Positions 1 through 10,203 of a DNA stretch of 64,000 bases are shown piece by piece. The position numbers and the translations under genes were made by a program. Within the stretch, counting starts at the first letter, position 1; each line of letters opens with the position of its first letter. The DNA is from an uncultured Methanoregulaceae archaeon (GTDB taxonomy: Archaea; Halobacteriota; Methanomicrobia; Methanomicrobiales; Methanospirillaceae). Location of the stretch: contig CAWJAX010000003.1 in the NCBI GenBank assembly GCA_963841015.1, positions 128,001 through 192,000 of the forward strand. Direction: 5' to 3'. The notes below the pieces were generated by a model. That model was not told where the DNA came from. It did not search any database and saw only the letters and a list, made by a program, of their open reading frames with translations.

Positions 1-815
1 AGGCATCAATCTTGAGGATATCGCTGCACCCAAATGTTTTGAAGTTGAAGATGCCCTGCAGGACATCGGTATTCCCGTGATGCATGATGATCAGCACGGA
101 ACAGCCGTTGTTGTTCTTGCAGCACTTCTTAATGCCTGTAAAGTTACCGGGAAAAGGTATGAGGACCTGAATATTGTGATATGTGGAGCCGGAAGCTGCC
201 GGTTATGCAATCACCCGGTTACTCAAATGCATCGGATATGATCCCAATGTCTGCACTACCGTGCACGAGATTATTGTCTGTGATACGCAGGGGATTATTT
301 TCCGGGGACGGGAAGGATTGTACAAAAACAAGTACAAGTTCATCCTTGCAGAGGAAACAAATCATCGGTCGCGTGAGGGAAAACTTGCTGATGCGATGCT
401 GGGTGCCGATGTCTTTATAGGTGTATCAGGACCGGAAATTGTCACAGAAGAGATGATACGGTCAATGAACAAGGATCCGATTGTGTTTGCACTGGCAAAC
501 CCGGTACCGGAAATCTGGCCTGATGCAGCGATGCATGCCGGAGCGGCTATAGTGGGAACCGGGCGAAGTGATTTCCCCAACCAGATCAATAACGTTCTCG
601 CATTTCCGGGCATATTCAGGGGGGCGCTCGATGCCCGTGCCACACGGATTAGCGATGAAATGAAGATTGCGGCAGCGCATGCGATTGCAGATTTTCTTAA
701 AAAACCCCAGAGGGATCGCATCCTGCCAAATATTCTTGACAGGGAAGTGACACAGGCAGTAGCAAAATCTGTGGTGAAGGCTGCGGAGAAGTGCGGTTGC
801 AGCAGAAAAATATGA
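1..815 (+). CDS. NAD(P)-dependent malic enzyme (5' end outside window; apparent +1 frameshift at ~193-194)
   Basis: Frame from nt 2 reads [13 protein letters not shown]...[12 protein letters not shown]...IVICGAG. After one extra A it continues as ORF 183..815 AAGYAI...[10 protein letters not shown]...[26 protein letters not shown], all malic-enzyme motifs. Confidence 0.93.
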
Positions 816-822
816 AAAATAT

Positions 823-1036
823 GGCTCTGTAGAATTCCTTATATCAGGGTATTAAGTTTAAAGCACTGGCATGATGATGGAGGGGGCAGTGCCTGTCTCC
901 GCTTGCCATCCTGGTGCTCAAGAGTGATGATTACGTAGTACCTGTTCTGGTCGTATCGCATCTGGGCGGGAGCCAAAGCGGCGGGGGTGAAACCCTCTGA
1001 ACGTTCAGGTTTTATAAAAAACATTTCTCCAGAGCC
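823..1036 (+). mobile_element. MITE-like dispersed repeat, copy A (214 bp, intact TIRs)
   Basis: Ends GGCTCTGTAGAA (823-834) and TTCTCCAGAGCC (1025-1036) form an 11/12 inverted repeat. The interior is homologous to the reverse complement of 53852-54058. Confidence 0.85.
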
Positions 1037-1047
1037 AAAAAACCCCT

Positions 1048-1350
1048 TTAATGGACTTCGTGTTCGTAACGTTGTGCGGCTTCTGCACCTTTCAGACAGA
1101 AATCATGATAGATGAGACCGAGCTCCCGGGTAACCGGACATTTCCTGCAGGTGCAACCCGCATCTTCTGAAATACAAAGCATGCTTTTTCCAGCGATACA
1201 GTAGAGCAATTCGTGATTTTCCTGTGCGCAGCGGTTGTAAGAAGGACATGTCGGGCAGATGCACACCGCCCGCTTTTCATTGGTTATCTGCTTGCGCTCT
1301 TTCGCATTTTTTTCCCAGGACATGTTCAGCCATTGTTCAAATACATCCAT
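1048..1350 (-). CDS. Small Cys-rich protein, DUF2769-like
   Basis: CICPTCPSY...LLYCIAGKS..CI....GCTCRKCPV...L...FC pattern, typical of the methanogen DUF2769 family. Confidence 0.75.
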   Translation of the reverse strand: MDVFEQWLNMSWEKNAKERKQITNEKRAVCICPTCPSYNRCAQENHELLYCIAGKSMLCISEDAGCTCRKCPVTRELGLIYHDFCLKGAEAAQRYEHEVH

Positions 1351-1376
1351 ACAGATCCTTTTTTACCGAGAGTTGC

Positions 1377-1769
1377 TCATCCATAACCCGTGATGTCATA
1401 ATTGATTGTTGTAGAGTTTTTTGCACATTCTTTTCCGTGAATAAGCACGTCATCGACCATTTTTTTTAACAGTGCGGGATAGATTGCTCCTACCATTTCC
1501 TGAACTGGCTTTCCCTCACAGAAAAATTTGAACGTGGGCGTGCTCCGGACACCGTAGCGTTCGGCAGTCCACTGGTTTGTCATGATGTTTATCCGGACAA
1601 AGACAACAGAATCCTTGTACTCAACTGCGTAATTCTTAAAATAGGGCTCCATCTGGTGACAGAATGCACACGTTGGACTGTAGAACATGACCGCCACAGG
1701 TTTTGTTCCTTTCTCTACGGTTTTTTCCCAGCTGAGGTCATCGGCTTCCACCAGCGGTTCTTCTGCCAT
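1377..1769 (-). CDS. Thioredoxin-family protein
   Basis: KPVAVMFYSPTCAFC (CXXC) and YGVRSTPTF cis-Pro motif; ATG at 1769. Confidence 0.88.
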   Translation of the reverse strand: MAEEPLVEADDLSWEKTVEKGTKPVAVMFYSPTCAFCHQMEPYFKNYAVEYKDSVVFVRINIMTNQWTAERYGVRSTPTFKFFCEGKPVQEMVGAIYPALLKKMVDDVLIHGKECAKNSTTINYDITGYG

Positions 1770-2083
1770 CAAATCCCCTCTCAGCCAGACATTAGAGGAT
1801 GCTGCTCATATAGTTTGTCCTCAATCGAGCACACGGGACAGTGATGACTAATAATTGCCGGCTCCGGAACGTTCCCGGAATTCCGCCAATGGACTAGGAG
1901 GAATATGGTAATATACCGAAGTGAGAATTTTCGATTCCGGGGATTATAAAAACAAAGACCAGCAGAGACCAATCATAAGGTGATGCAGGCAATCCTGCGC
2001 ATTTATTGGGAAGGGAAGCCATATCCAATCAATAACACGGATTGAAAATTTAGCTTTGTAAAAAACACTGGAGTGATTATTCA

Positions 2084-3514
2084 ATGCTGATGCGGATTGG
2101 CGGGAAGGACGTAGAGGGTGTCGATGCACGCTGGATTGAGGTGAAGAACCCGGCAACAGGTGAGTTGATCGATCGAATACCGGCGGGGACAAAGGAAGAT
2201 GTGTCCCGTGCAGCTGATGCTGCTGACGCGGCTTTTAGTGCCTGGGCTAAAAAGTCGATGCGTGACCGCGGGGTTATCCTGTACCATGCTGCTCAAAAAG
2301 TAAGGGATCAGTATAAGGATCTTGCCCGGCTTCTCACTCTGGAACAGGGTAAACCAATGAGGGAATCATTAGACGAAGTGCGGGGATATGCAAACATCCT
2401 TGAATTCTATGCCGGTATTTCTTCATGGCAGTCTGGTGAAGCAATCAGACTTGGGGCTAGTGGTGATTGTATTGTTGTGCGTCAGCCCCTCGGTGTCTGC
2501 GGAGCAATAATCCCCTGGAACATGCCGGTACTTATCATGGGCTGGAAAATCGGCCCTGCCATTCTCGCCGGAAACACGATGGTGCTGAAACCGGCATCAT
2601 CAACATCCCTGACAAATCTCCGGCTTGCACAGATTCTTGACGACGCCGGTTTACCCTCCGGGGTGCTCAACATTGTTACCGGCAGTGGTGAATCAGTAGG
2701 TACAGCTATTGTGAAGCACCCCACAATCCGCAAGGTGTCATTCACCGGGGACTGCACAACCGGCAGTAAGATACGGGAGATGGCAGGTGCCCATCTCAAG
2801 GATCTCACGCTCGAACTCGGGGGTTCGGATCCGATGATTGTAATGCCTGATGCTGCAATTGACAAGGCAGTCGAGGGAGCGCTCCGGGGCAGGTTTTACA
2901 ATGCAGGCCAAACCTGCACAGCAGTAAAGCGCCTCTATGTCCATGAAAAAATTTCACTGCCATTCATTCAGAAATTAAAAGAACGTGTTGATGCCCTTTC
3001 CGTCGGTAACGGACTTGGGTCCAGGATCGATATGGGTCCGATGATTAGTGAAGTGCAACGGGAGAAAATCTCACGGATAGTTGAAGAAACCCGTGAGAAA
3101 AATCAGGGAACAATTCTTTCAGGTGGATGTACGCTGAAAGGAACAGCATATGAGCGGGGATATTTCTATCGTCCAACACTGGTCAGCAATGTCGTTCCTG
3201 ATTCAAGGCTTGTAACCAGCGAGATTTTTGGTCCGGTACTGCCGGTAATAACGGTCCCTGATCTTGATACCGCCATACATGAGGCAAACAATACGCGGTA
3301 CGGTCTGGGAGCTTCGATCTGGACAAAAGATCTCGCTACAACAAAACGGGTATTTGATGAGGTGAAGGCCGGTATCATCTGGGTGAATCGTCATCTTACC
3401 GTGCCGCCCGAAATACCGTTTGGAGGAATGAACGAGAGTGGGATCGGGCGAGAAAACGGTCAGCACGCTCTTGACAGTTATTCGCAGACCAAGACCCTGT
3501 TTCTTGGCTGGTAA
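2084..3514 (+). CDS. NAD(P)-dependent aldehyde dehydrogenase
   Basis: IIPWNMP, KPAS, SFTG, LELGGSDP, NAGQTC (catalytic Cys), EIFGPV, PFGGMNESGIGRE. Confidence 0.95.
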   Translation: MLMRIGGKDVEGVDARWIEVKNPATGELIDRIPAGTKEDVSRAADAADAAFSAWAKKSMRDRGVILYHAAQKVRDQYKDLARLLTLEQGKPMRESLDEVRGYANILEFYAGISSWQSGEAIRLGASGDCIVVRQPLGVCGAIIPWNMPVLIMGWKIGPAILAGNTMVLKPASSTSLTNLRLAQILDDAGLPSGVLNIVTGSGESVGTAIVKHPTIRKVSFTGDCTTGSKIREMAGAHLKDLTLELGGSDPMIVMPDAAIDKAVEGALRGRFYNAGQTCTAVKRLYVHEKISLPFIQKLKERVDALSVGNGLGSRIDMGPMISEVQREKISRIVEETREKNQGTILSGGCTLKGTAYERGYFYRPTLVSNVVPDSRLVTSEIFGPVLPVITVPDLDTAIHEANNTRYGLGASIWTKDLATTKRVFDEVKAGIIWVNRHLTVPPEIPFGGMNESGIGRENGQHALDSYSQTKTLFLGW

Positions 3515-3520
3515 AAGTGA

Positions 3521-4540
3521 TTATTTTCGTTTTAGCAGCATCGTACAGCCCACCAGGATAAATACAGCGACAATCATGGTGGGCGAGAGTGGAGATTTCT
3601 GCGTAGTGGTGATGGGGGTGGATGGGGTTGCAGGGATTGGAATTGTTGTTTGGACAGTCGCTTCTGGTGACAGTGTTTTCAGGGTTGTCGGTAATTTCTC
3701 AACAATATTAAACGTAGTAGTGCTGGTTACGTCAATGGTTTCACCGGATACTGTCACAACATATTCATCGGGTTTGAAGGTAGATGCATCGACATCGAAC
3801 GACCAGTGGTTAAATCCTTTTGTTCCTGGCTCTACTTTGACAGTACCTGCTGATCCGGAGAATTCACCACTCTGTACTTTTTGTGTTGGTTTGAATGATG
3901 ATGAGATGATTTCGATCATCAGGTTATTTCCCACAGCAAGGTTGGTTGAACCATGAATGGTGAACTTGTCACCAACAGCATGATCTTCGATAGGGGTGAT
4001 GAATGCGGAGGGTTGAGTGATAATAAAGGATGTAGTGGCAAACGTATCATCGAGATTCTGACTGTTGATTGCCCGCATCAAAGCGTTAGCGCCATCCGTA
4101 TTCTGCAGGCTGCCTGAGCCAGTTAGCTGAAAGATAGAAGTCCCAGTTCCGAGCTGCCGGGTGATCACACTGCCGGTTGATGAATCGTAGTAAATATCGA
4201 ACTCTGCATTCATCATAGGATGTTGGACCAGGACAAAATACTGGCCGGGTGCAAGCGATTGGGTGTCAGCCGATTTGAGTTCATAATCATAGGTGTTATC
4301 CGCGTTTGTGGACACGGTTGCGATCTTTACATAATTGTACCCAATTAGCCAAACCTGCAAACCATCACGCGGGTGACCGGTGGCGATACCATGAATAGAG
4401 ACTGGATCCCCGTTTGCGATTTCCGGTGCTCCAGCAAACGAACTGCCGGGATATAAGGAGATGGCTGCTATGGGGGGAATTATGACAAGTGCACACAGGA
4501 GCATGAGGAATACAGGGTTTCGAAGAGAAGGTATGATCAT
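3521..4540 (-). CDS. Secreted/cell-surface protein (DUF3821-like) with Thr/Pro linker and C-terminal sorting signal
   Basis: N-terminal hydrophobic signal peptide, Ig-like segment (GDKFTIHGSTNLAVG), T/P-rich linker, then KSPLSP + TM helix + KRK. Confidence 0.8.
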   Translation of the reverse strand: MIIPSLRNPVFLMLLCALVIIPPIAAISLYPGSSFAGAPEIANGDPVSIHGIATGHPRDGLQVWLIGYNYVKIATVSTNADNTYDYELKSADTQSLAPGQYFVLVQHPMMNAEFDIYYDSSTGSVITRQLGTGTSIFQLTGSGSLQNTDGANALMRAINSQNLDDTFATTSFIITQPSAFITPIEDHAVGDKFTIHGSTNLAVGNNLMIEIISSSFKPTQKVQSGEFSGSAGTVKVEPGTKGFNHWSFDVDASTFKPDEYVVTVSGETIDVTSTTTFNIVEKLPTTLKTLSPEATVQTTIPIPATPSTPITTTQKSPLSPTMIVAVFILVGCTMLLKRK

Positions 4541-4694
4541 ACTGCTCAGCTGGTATGGGGCTTGAAGATTTATGAAGATGTGTGGCAGGATGATCCATCC
4601 TCAGTCTCTTCGTGTGTTGAGCAGTACCCAATACTTCCCGTAATCCAATGATTATCAGAAGAACTTGAATTAGCAGATTAACGGTTTAAAAGAA

Positions 4695-5039
4695 GTGAGT
4701 GGGAGGAGTAAGCCTCCTTCTGTTTTTAGCGGCATTCAGCTATGCGTCATACCCGGACAGATACCGAGCGATCCAATTGTCCTGTTCTGACTTGCACCCG
4801 CAGGGATTCGCCGTTTCACCGATTCCTGTCTGTTAACGCTCAGCGAGTGATCACACAGATCGTGTGCACTTGACGGTACACCGTCTCGATCGCTTCATGA
4901 CTGAAAACAGGCCGTGTCGTTTCTGTGCCATTGCCGTGACTCTCGCCACCCGTACTTGTGTACGGCTGCGTGCCCGGTGGGTGGGAGGACTTTCCTCAGC
5001 AGCCAGAATGGCCACCGTCGGCCGCTCTCTCCCTCTCCT
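4695..5039 (-). ncRNA. rnpB: Archaeal RNase P RNA
   Basis: Minus strand carries GAGGAAAGUCC near the 5' end, ACAGAAA and UGAAACGGC internally, and AACAGAAGGAGGCUUA near the 3' end. The GGAGAGGGAG 5' end pairs with the CUCCUCCC 3' end (P1). Ends approximate. Confidence 0.93.
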
Positions 5040-5136
5040 GTAATACTATGTTTTTTCAGGTGATAAGCACAGCGCTTAGGGCAGGAATATCCTCAAACGA
5101 AGCGGGTGTTTGTGCTCCTTTATAAAATTCAAAACC

Positions 5137-5350
5137 GGTCTTTCATAAGTACTCAATAACAATATGAGCGCACGCAGTGATTTCACCCCTCCTGTTTCTG
5201 TCTCCCTCACATGCGATAACCCTGGTACAGGCAATTTATTATTATCGCTCTAAACTCCGGGGAGGGATATTATGGCACCTGCACTGTCTGCTCTGGAATG
5301 TACCGGTAATTTGTATCTCGTTTCAACGGAGAAGGAATTTTTATCGAGCC
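5137..5350 (-). mobile_element. Degenerate copy B of the MITE-like repeat (214 bp)
   Basis: Collinear blocks shared with 53852-54058: CTCAATAAC, TTTCACCCC, CTCCC..ATGCGATAAC, ACAGG, ATCGCT, GCACTGTC, AAGGAATT....GAGCC. Same length as copy A. Confidence 0.75.
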
Positions 5351-5594
5351 CATTAACCTGAACACTCCCAGCACGATCTACCTCTCCGCCGCCACTCACC
5401 TTCCGGTTATCAATAAATTCTGAACAGATTTTCAATCATCATTTATAGAAGCACAATAGTGGTACGGGCGGACAGGTTCTTTCTTGTCTTTCAACTGCCC
5501 TGCGCGTATGATTTCATTGTTTAACGTAGGGAATTCTCAGATTCCATGTTCGAAAGATTGTTAAATAAGGTGCACTAAAGACAGTCTCAAAGAT

Positions 5595-6188
5595 ATGGGG
5601 GAGATGAGTTTGAACCTGCTCAATACAGATGATGGTGAGATGGCTCTACGCCTTGCACGTGGTGCGATTGAGTATGCTATTGTAAAAAAGCCAAAACCCG
5701 CTCTCGCTTTGACACCGGTTTTTGGGGATAAACGCGGGATTTTTGTCACTCTCACCAAAACAGGAGAACTTCGTGGGTGTATCGGCTTTCCATATCCGGT
5801 TATGCCTCTCGGAGATGCAATTGAGGATGCCGCTGTCGCAGCAGCAACCGGAGACCCCCGGTTTCCCCCGGTTCGAAAGGAAGAACTTTCCTCTATCAAA
5901 CTTGAAGTTACAATCCTGACCGACCCTGTTCCGGTTATCGGTGAACCTGGCAAACGCCCGGAAAAAATTGAGGTTGGCAGGCACGGTCTTATCGTGCGGG
6001 GCAGGGGGACGAGTGGCCTCCTGCTTCCGCAGGTAGCTACTGAGTATGGCTGGGATAGCATGACATTTCTCGATCACACCTGTATCAAAGCAGGGTTTCC
6101 TGAACGATGCTGGACCAATGCAAATGTTGAGGTGCTCACCTTTGAAGGACAGATCTTCACTGAACCATTTATGAGGGCAACCGTTTAA
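5595..6188 (+). CDS. AMMECR1-family protein (AmmeMemoRadiSam protein A, TIGR00296-like)
   Basis: GIFVTL..GELRGCIG, DPRFPPV, GLLLPQVA, FLDHTCIKAG. Confidence 0.93.
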   Translation: MGEMSLNLLNTDDGEMALRLARGAIEYAIVKKPKPALALTPVFGDKRGIFVTLTKTGELRGCIGFPYPVMPLGDAIEDAAVAAATGDPRFPPVRKEELSSIKLEVTILTDPVPVIGEPGKRPEKIEVGRHGLIVRGRGTSGLLLPQVATEYGWDSMTFLDHTCIKAGFPERCWTNANVEVLTFEGQIFTEPFMRATV

Positions 6189-6229
6189 ACTGAATACCGC
6201 ACATATAAGCGGACAGCACGGGTGCAAAA

Positions 6230-7684
6230 ATGGCAATTGCGTTTGAGAGTTTATTTAGCGATATCCACGGACGATCCGGAAAACTTACGGTCGGCAAAAA
6301 GACGATAAAAACTCCTGCTCTTCTCCCGGTTATTAACCCCCATCTCCAACTCGTTACACCAAAAGAGATCCAGTCGATGGGAGTAGAGGCCCTGATCACG
6401 AATGCCTACATCTTGTCTCAGAGCAAACAGTACCGAGAACGCGCCCTCACCGAAGGTCTGCATAAAGTGTTGGATTATGATGGTGTCATAATGACCGACT
6501 CGGGCTCATTTCAGCTCTCAGTTTATGGCCAGGTCTCTACTACCAATATCGAAACTCTCTCCTTCCAGCGTGATATTGGGAGTGATATCTGGGTGCCGCT
6601 GGACATCCCGACATCACCAGCAGCCGATCGTTCCACGACAGAGCAGGATCTCTTAGTAACCATGCAGCGTCTCAGAGAGGCAAAAGAGGTCTTTGGCAAT
6701 GATGCTCCTCTTGCAGGACCGGTCCAGGGTGGCAGCTTTACTGACCTCAGGCAACGGGCTGGTCGGGAAGTGACAGATCTGGGTTTTTCCTTTTGTCCTA
6801 TAGGTGCGGTTGTCCCGCTCATGGAATCATACCGGTACCGGGATCTTGTGAGTGCGGTCATGGCAGCTAAACAGACACTTTCACCATCAGTATGTGTTCA
6901 CCTTTTTGGCGCCGGCCACCCGTCAATGTTTGCCCTTGCAACTGCAATGGGCTGCGACCTTTTTGATTCTGCAGCATATGCTCTCTATGCAAAAGAGGGG
7001 CGATATCTCACCACTCATGGCAGTTTCAAAATTGATGAGCTCGCGGATCTCCCCTGTGCATGCACTGTGTGCCGTTCGCACACCATTGAAGAATTATCCA
7101 CTGCCCCGGATCGTGAACGCCTGCTCGCGCTCCACAACCTGTATGTGACACTCGCAGAGATATCCCGTATTCGTCAGGCAATTTTCGATGGAACGCTCTG
7201 GGAACTTGTAGATGAACGATGCCGGGGGCATCCGCAACTCCTCTCTGGCTACCGGGCGCTGCTGACCAGAACAGTATCATTGGAAAAATATGATCGTGTC
7301 TCCAAACGCCGGTTCTTCTACCGGGGAGACGAGTCCTGCAGCCGTACAGAAGTATTCCGTTACCAGCAGATGCTTTCCCGGCTTCAGCTCGGAGAGCATG
7401 TCCTTGTTGCATTTGAGGGGGGAACGCGCGACGAATTTAACGATACCCTGTTTTTCAAACCACCGTTTGGTCCATATCCAAAAGAACTCAAAGAAACATT
7501 TCCTATTGGGCCGAGTGAAATTCCCGAGTGGGACGATGCCATGGTAAGACAAGGAAGCCGGGGGATCAAACTACTTATGGCGAGTCACCCTGATAGTCGG
7601 TTTGTTGTTTCCTGCAGCCCCTGCTGGGAAGCGATTGTCCATCAGGAACTTGGCGATATTGAGGTGCGTAATGAACAGGTTTGA
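6230..7684 (+). CDS. tgtA: Archaeosine tRNA-guanine(15) transglycosylase
   Basis: [52 protein letters not shown] zinc site. Confidence 0.96.
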   Translation: MAIAFESLFSDIHGRSGKLTVGKKTIKTPALLPVINPHLQLVTPKEIQSMGVEALITNAYILSQSKQYRERALTEGLHKVLDYDGVIMTDSGSFQLSVYGQVSTTNIETLSFQRDIGSDIWVPLDIPTSPAADRSTTEQDLLVTMQRLREAKEVFGNDAPLAGPVQGGSFTDLRQRAGREVTDLGFSFCPIGAVVPLMESYRYRDLVSAVMAAKQTLSPSVCVHLFGAGHPSMFALATAMGCDLFDSAAYALYAKEGRYLTTHGSFKIDELADLPCACTVCRSHTIEELSTAPDRERLLALHNLYVTLAEISRIRQAIFDGTLWELVDERCRGHPQLLSGYRALLTRTVSLEKYDRVSKRRFFYRGDESCSRTEVFRYQQMLSRLQLGEHVLVAFEGGTRDEFNDTLFFKPPFGPYPKELKETFPIGPSEIPEWDDAMVRQGSRGIKLLMASHPDSRFVVSCSPCWEAIVHQELGDIEVRNEQV

Positions 7685-9302
7685 TATCAGGAAAAGGGAC
7701 GGACTTGCACGAATCGCCATCTTCCAGACGGATACGATTTCCCTGAAGGTGCCGGCTGCTCTTGCAGTTGAACCTCTCTTTCCTGATCTCGATACACGTG
7801 AAGGAACCAACATCCCTCTCTGTGCTCCTCTCTCCCTCATAAAACACTACCCCCCCCATAATAACGGACAACCGGTCACCATCCACCCACATCTTGACAA
7901 TGCTGCACACAGTGGCGATTGCGTTATGGTGGCAGGCTGGCATACGGCTTTATCAAATCCAAGAAATTATGTCGACTGGCTCATCGGGCTCAAAGAAAAA
8001 ACACCGATCGATACTGCATGGTATGCGCCTGCTTCCGGATTGCCTTCGAATGTACACATCTTGTGTTACTCAGGATTTGACCTGTTTGATTTCCGGGCCG
8101 TGGATCTCAAAACAGCCCAGATGAGGTTTTGTACACCGGAGGGGGAGTTTCCTGCCGATGCACTCGATAGTGGAATCTGCACCTGTAGCGGCTGCCAGGA
8201 GAAAAATCTGAAGATGCATAACCGGCAGACACTCCTTCGCGAGATTGCTCTTGTTACCCGGTTCATTGAAGAATCACAGCTCCGCGATCTGGTTGAATCA
8301 CGGTGCCGTCTGAATGCGGCACATGTTGCCATCATGCGACATCTCGACAACCAGTACCAGTTTATGGAACGGTCGATGCCTGTTGCCCGGAGTTGCGTGA
8401 TGCGGGCAAATTCGGGAGAATCCCTGCAGAGGGCCGAAGTCCGGCGTTTTGCCGAACGGGTAATCAACCGGTATCTCCCGCCAAAAACTGATGTTGCAGT
8501 TCTGCTTCCGTGTTCAGCAAAAAAGCCCTATTCACTCTCCCAAAGCCACCGCAAATTCGGGCGGGCAATTGCAGGTCGCGCCCATGAATTGATTGTAACC
8601 TCCCCGCTCGGGCTCGTTCCCCGGGAGCTTGAGTGCATCTATCCTGCAGGGCATTACGATGTACCGGTTACCGGTTACTGGGACGCAGAAGAATGTGCGG
8701 TTATTGCCGGGATCCTCATTCGCTATTTTACACGGCACCGATACCGCCGGATTATTGCTCACCTGGAAGGAGGTGCACTCAGGGTAGCCCGTATGGCAGC
8801 CAAGGAATGCGGGATTACTCTGGAATATTCATGTCTTGAGCAACCGACCAGCGATTCCGCACTCAACACGCTTGACTCTTCACTTTCCGGAGAACGGCGG
8901 ATAAAAGATGACCGTCTTCGTGGCATGATCTCCTACCAGTTTAATAGTGATCTTGATACGAAAGGCATCACGGTGCGGGGGCATTATCCGGAACTTTTTT
9001 ACAGCAAAAATAATGTCCAGGTTTTCTCGATTGACTCCGGCACCGGCTTACTCCGACCCACCTTTGACGGCTGGAATCTGATCCCCGACGGATACCGCGT
9101 GAATATTGATGATTTTATTCCTGAAGGAGATGTGCTCATTCCCGGAGTTGTAAAAGCAGATACCGGGATTCGTGACGGTGATGAAGTGCTTGTTGTTGGA
9201 GCGCGGGCTCACGCTACCGGGCGTGCAGCACTACCGGCAGAGGAGATTCTGCGTTCCCGCCGCGGTGTTGCAGTCCGGGTGCGTAAGATAAAGAGATTGT
9301 AA
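7671..9302 (+). CDS. arcS: Archaeosine synthase alpha subunit (ArcS)
   Basis: ATG at 7671 ([14 protein letters not shown]); [38 protein letters not shown]-terminal PUA domain; directly follows tgtA. Confidence 0.92.
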   Translation: MNRFDIRKRDGLARIAIFQTDTISLKVPAALAVEPLFPDLDTREGTNIPLCAPLSLIKHYPPHNNGQPVTIHPHLDNAAHSGDCVMVAGWHTALSNPRNYVDWLIGLKEKTPIDTAWYAPASGLPSNVHILCYSGFDLFDFRAVDLKTAQMRFCTPEGEFPADALDSGICTCSGCQEKNLKMHNRQTLLREIALVTRFIEESQLRDLVESRCRLNAAHVAIMRHLDNQYQFMERSMPVARSCVMRANSGESLQRAEVRRFAERVINRYLPPKTDVAVLLPCSAKKPYSLSQSHRKFGRAIAGRAHELIVTSPLGLVPRELECIYPAGHYDVPVTGYWDAEECAVIAGILIRYFTRHRYRRIIAHLEGGALRVARMAAKECGITLEYSCLEQPTSDSALNTLDSSLSGERRIKDDRLRGMISYQFNSDLDTKGITVRGHYPELFYSKNNVQVFSIDSGTGLLRPTFDGWNLIPDGYRVNIDDFIPEGDVLIPGVVKADTGIRDGDEVLVVGARAHATGRAALPAEEILRSRRGVAVRVRKIKRL

Positions 9303-9345
9303 GGTACATTTATTCGATACATTGTTTTAAAAATAATAATAAGGA

Positions 9346-10203
9346 GTGACAGGGTTGTTTTTCGTAGAGAAGACCGAGCAGCTTGCAGATAAGATTTACC
9401 AGATGTGGGTCAGGGCTCCCCATGTTGCCCACCATGCACAGGCAGGACAGTTTGTCATTTTCAGGATAGATGAAAAAGGCGAGCGAATCCCGCTTACCAT
9501 TTCAGCAGTCGACGGGGACTCGATCCGGGTGATTTTCATGACGGTGGGAAAGACCACCACACATCTGGCATCACTATCCGGGGGCCATTATATACGCGAT
9601 GTTGCAGGCCCCTTAGGAAAACCCAGCGAAATAAAAAAATACGGGACCTGTGTTATGGTCGGAGGGGGTGTTGGTACTGCCAGTCTCCCTATCATTGCAC
9701 GTATATTAAAAGCGGCAGGCAACCGGGTCATTGGGATAATTGGTGCCCGCAATGCAGGTCTTCTCATTCTTGAAGATGAGATGAAGCAGGTGTGCGACGA
9801 GCTTCACATAACCACTGATGACGGTAGTAGAGGATTTCATGGATTTGCTGCCGATTTCTTAAAACAGGTGATGGCAAAGGAACGGGTTGATTGCGTCTGG
9901 ATTATCGGCCCTGCTATCATGATGAAGGTCACCTCCGAATGTACGAAACCTGCCGGTATAAAAACATTTGTCAGCCTCAACCCGGTTATGGTCGATGGAA
10001 CCGGCATGTGTGGATCGTGCAGAGTACAAATTGACGGAATTACAAAATTTGCCTGTGTTGACGGTCCGGAATTTGATGCACACCAGGTAGACTTCAATAG
10101 CCTGATGCAACGATTGCGGATGTACCAGCCGGAAGAAAAAGAGTCCCTGGAACGCTATCAGGCACATATCTGTACCTGCAAAGGAGGTGAGCGCCATGCA
10201 TGA
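9346..10203 (+). CDS. nfnA: NfnA/SudB-like FAD/[2Fe-2S] subunit of the electron-bifurcating transhydrogenase
   Basis: GERIPLTI, GPLG, MVDGTGMCGSCR...FACVDGPEFD. Confidence 0.85.
   Translation: MTGLFFVEKTEQLADKIYQMWVRAPHVAHHAQAGQFVIFRIDEKGERIPLTISAVDGDSIRVIFMTVGKTTTHLASLSGGHYIRDVAGPLGKPSEIKKYGTCVMVGGGVGTASLPIIARILKAAGNRVIGIIGARNAGLLILEDEMKQVCDELHITTDDGSRGFHGFAADFLKQVMAKERVDCVWIIGPAIMMKVTSECTKPAGIKTFVSLNPVMVDGTGMCGSCRVQIDGITKFACVDGPEFDAHQVDFNSLMQRLRMYQPEEKESLERYQAHICTCKGGERHA

Noticed and set aside
839-1024. 61-aa minus-strand ORF inside repeat copy A (also short ORFs over copies B, D and F)
   Set aside because: Copies differ by many indels and I see no shared reading frame; no transposase motifs. 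Treated as spurious.
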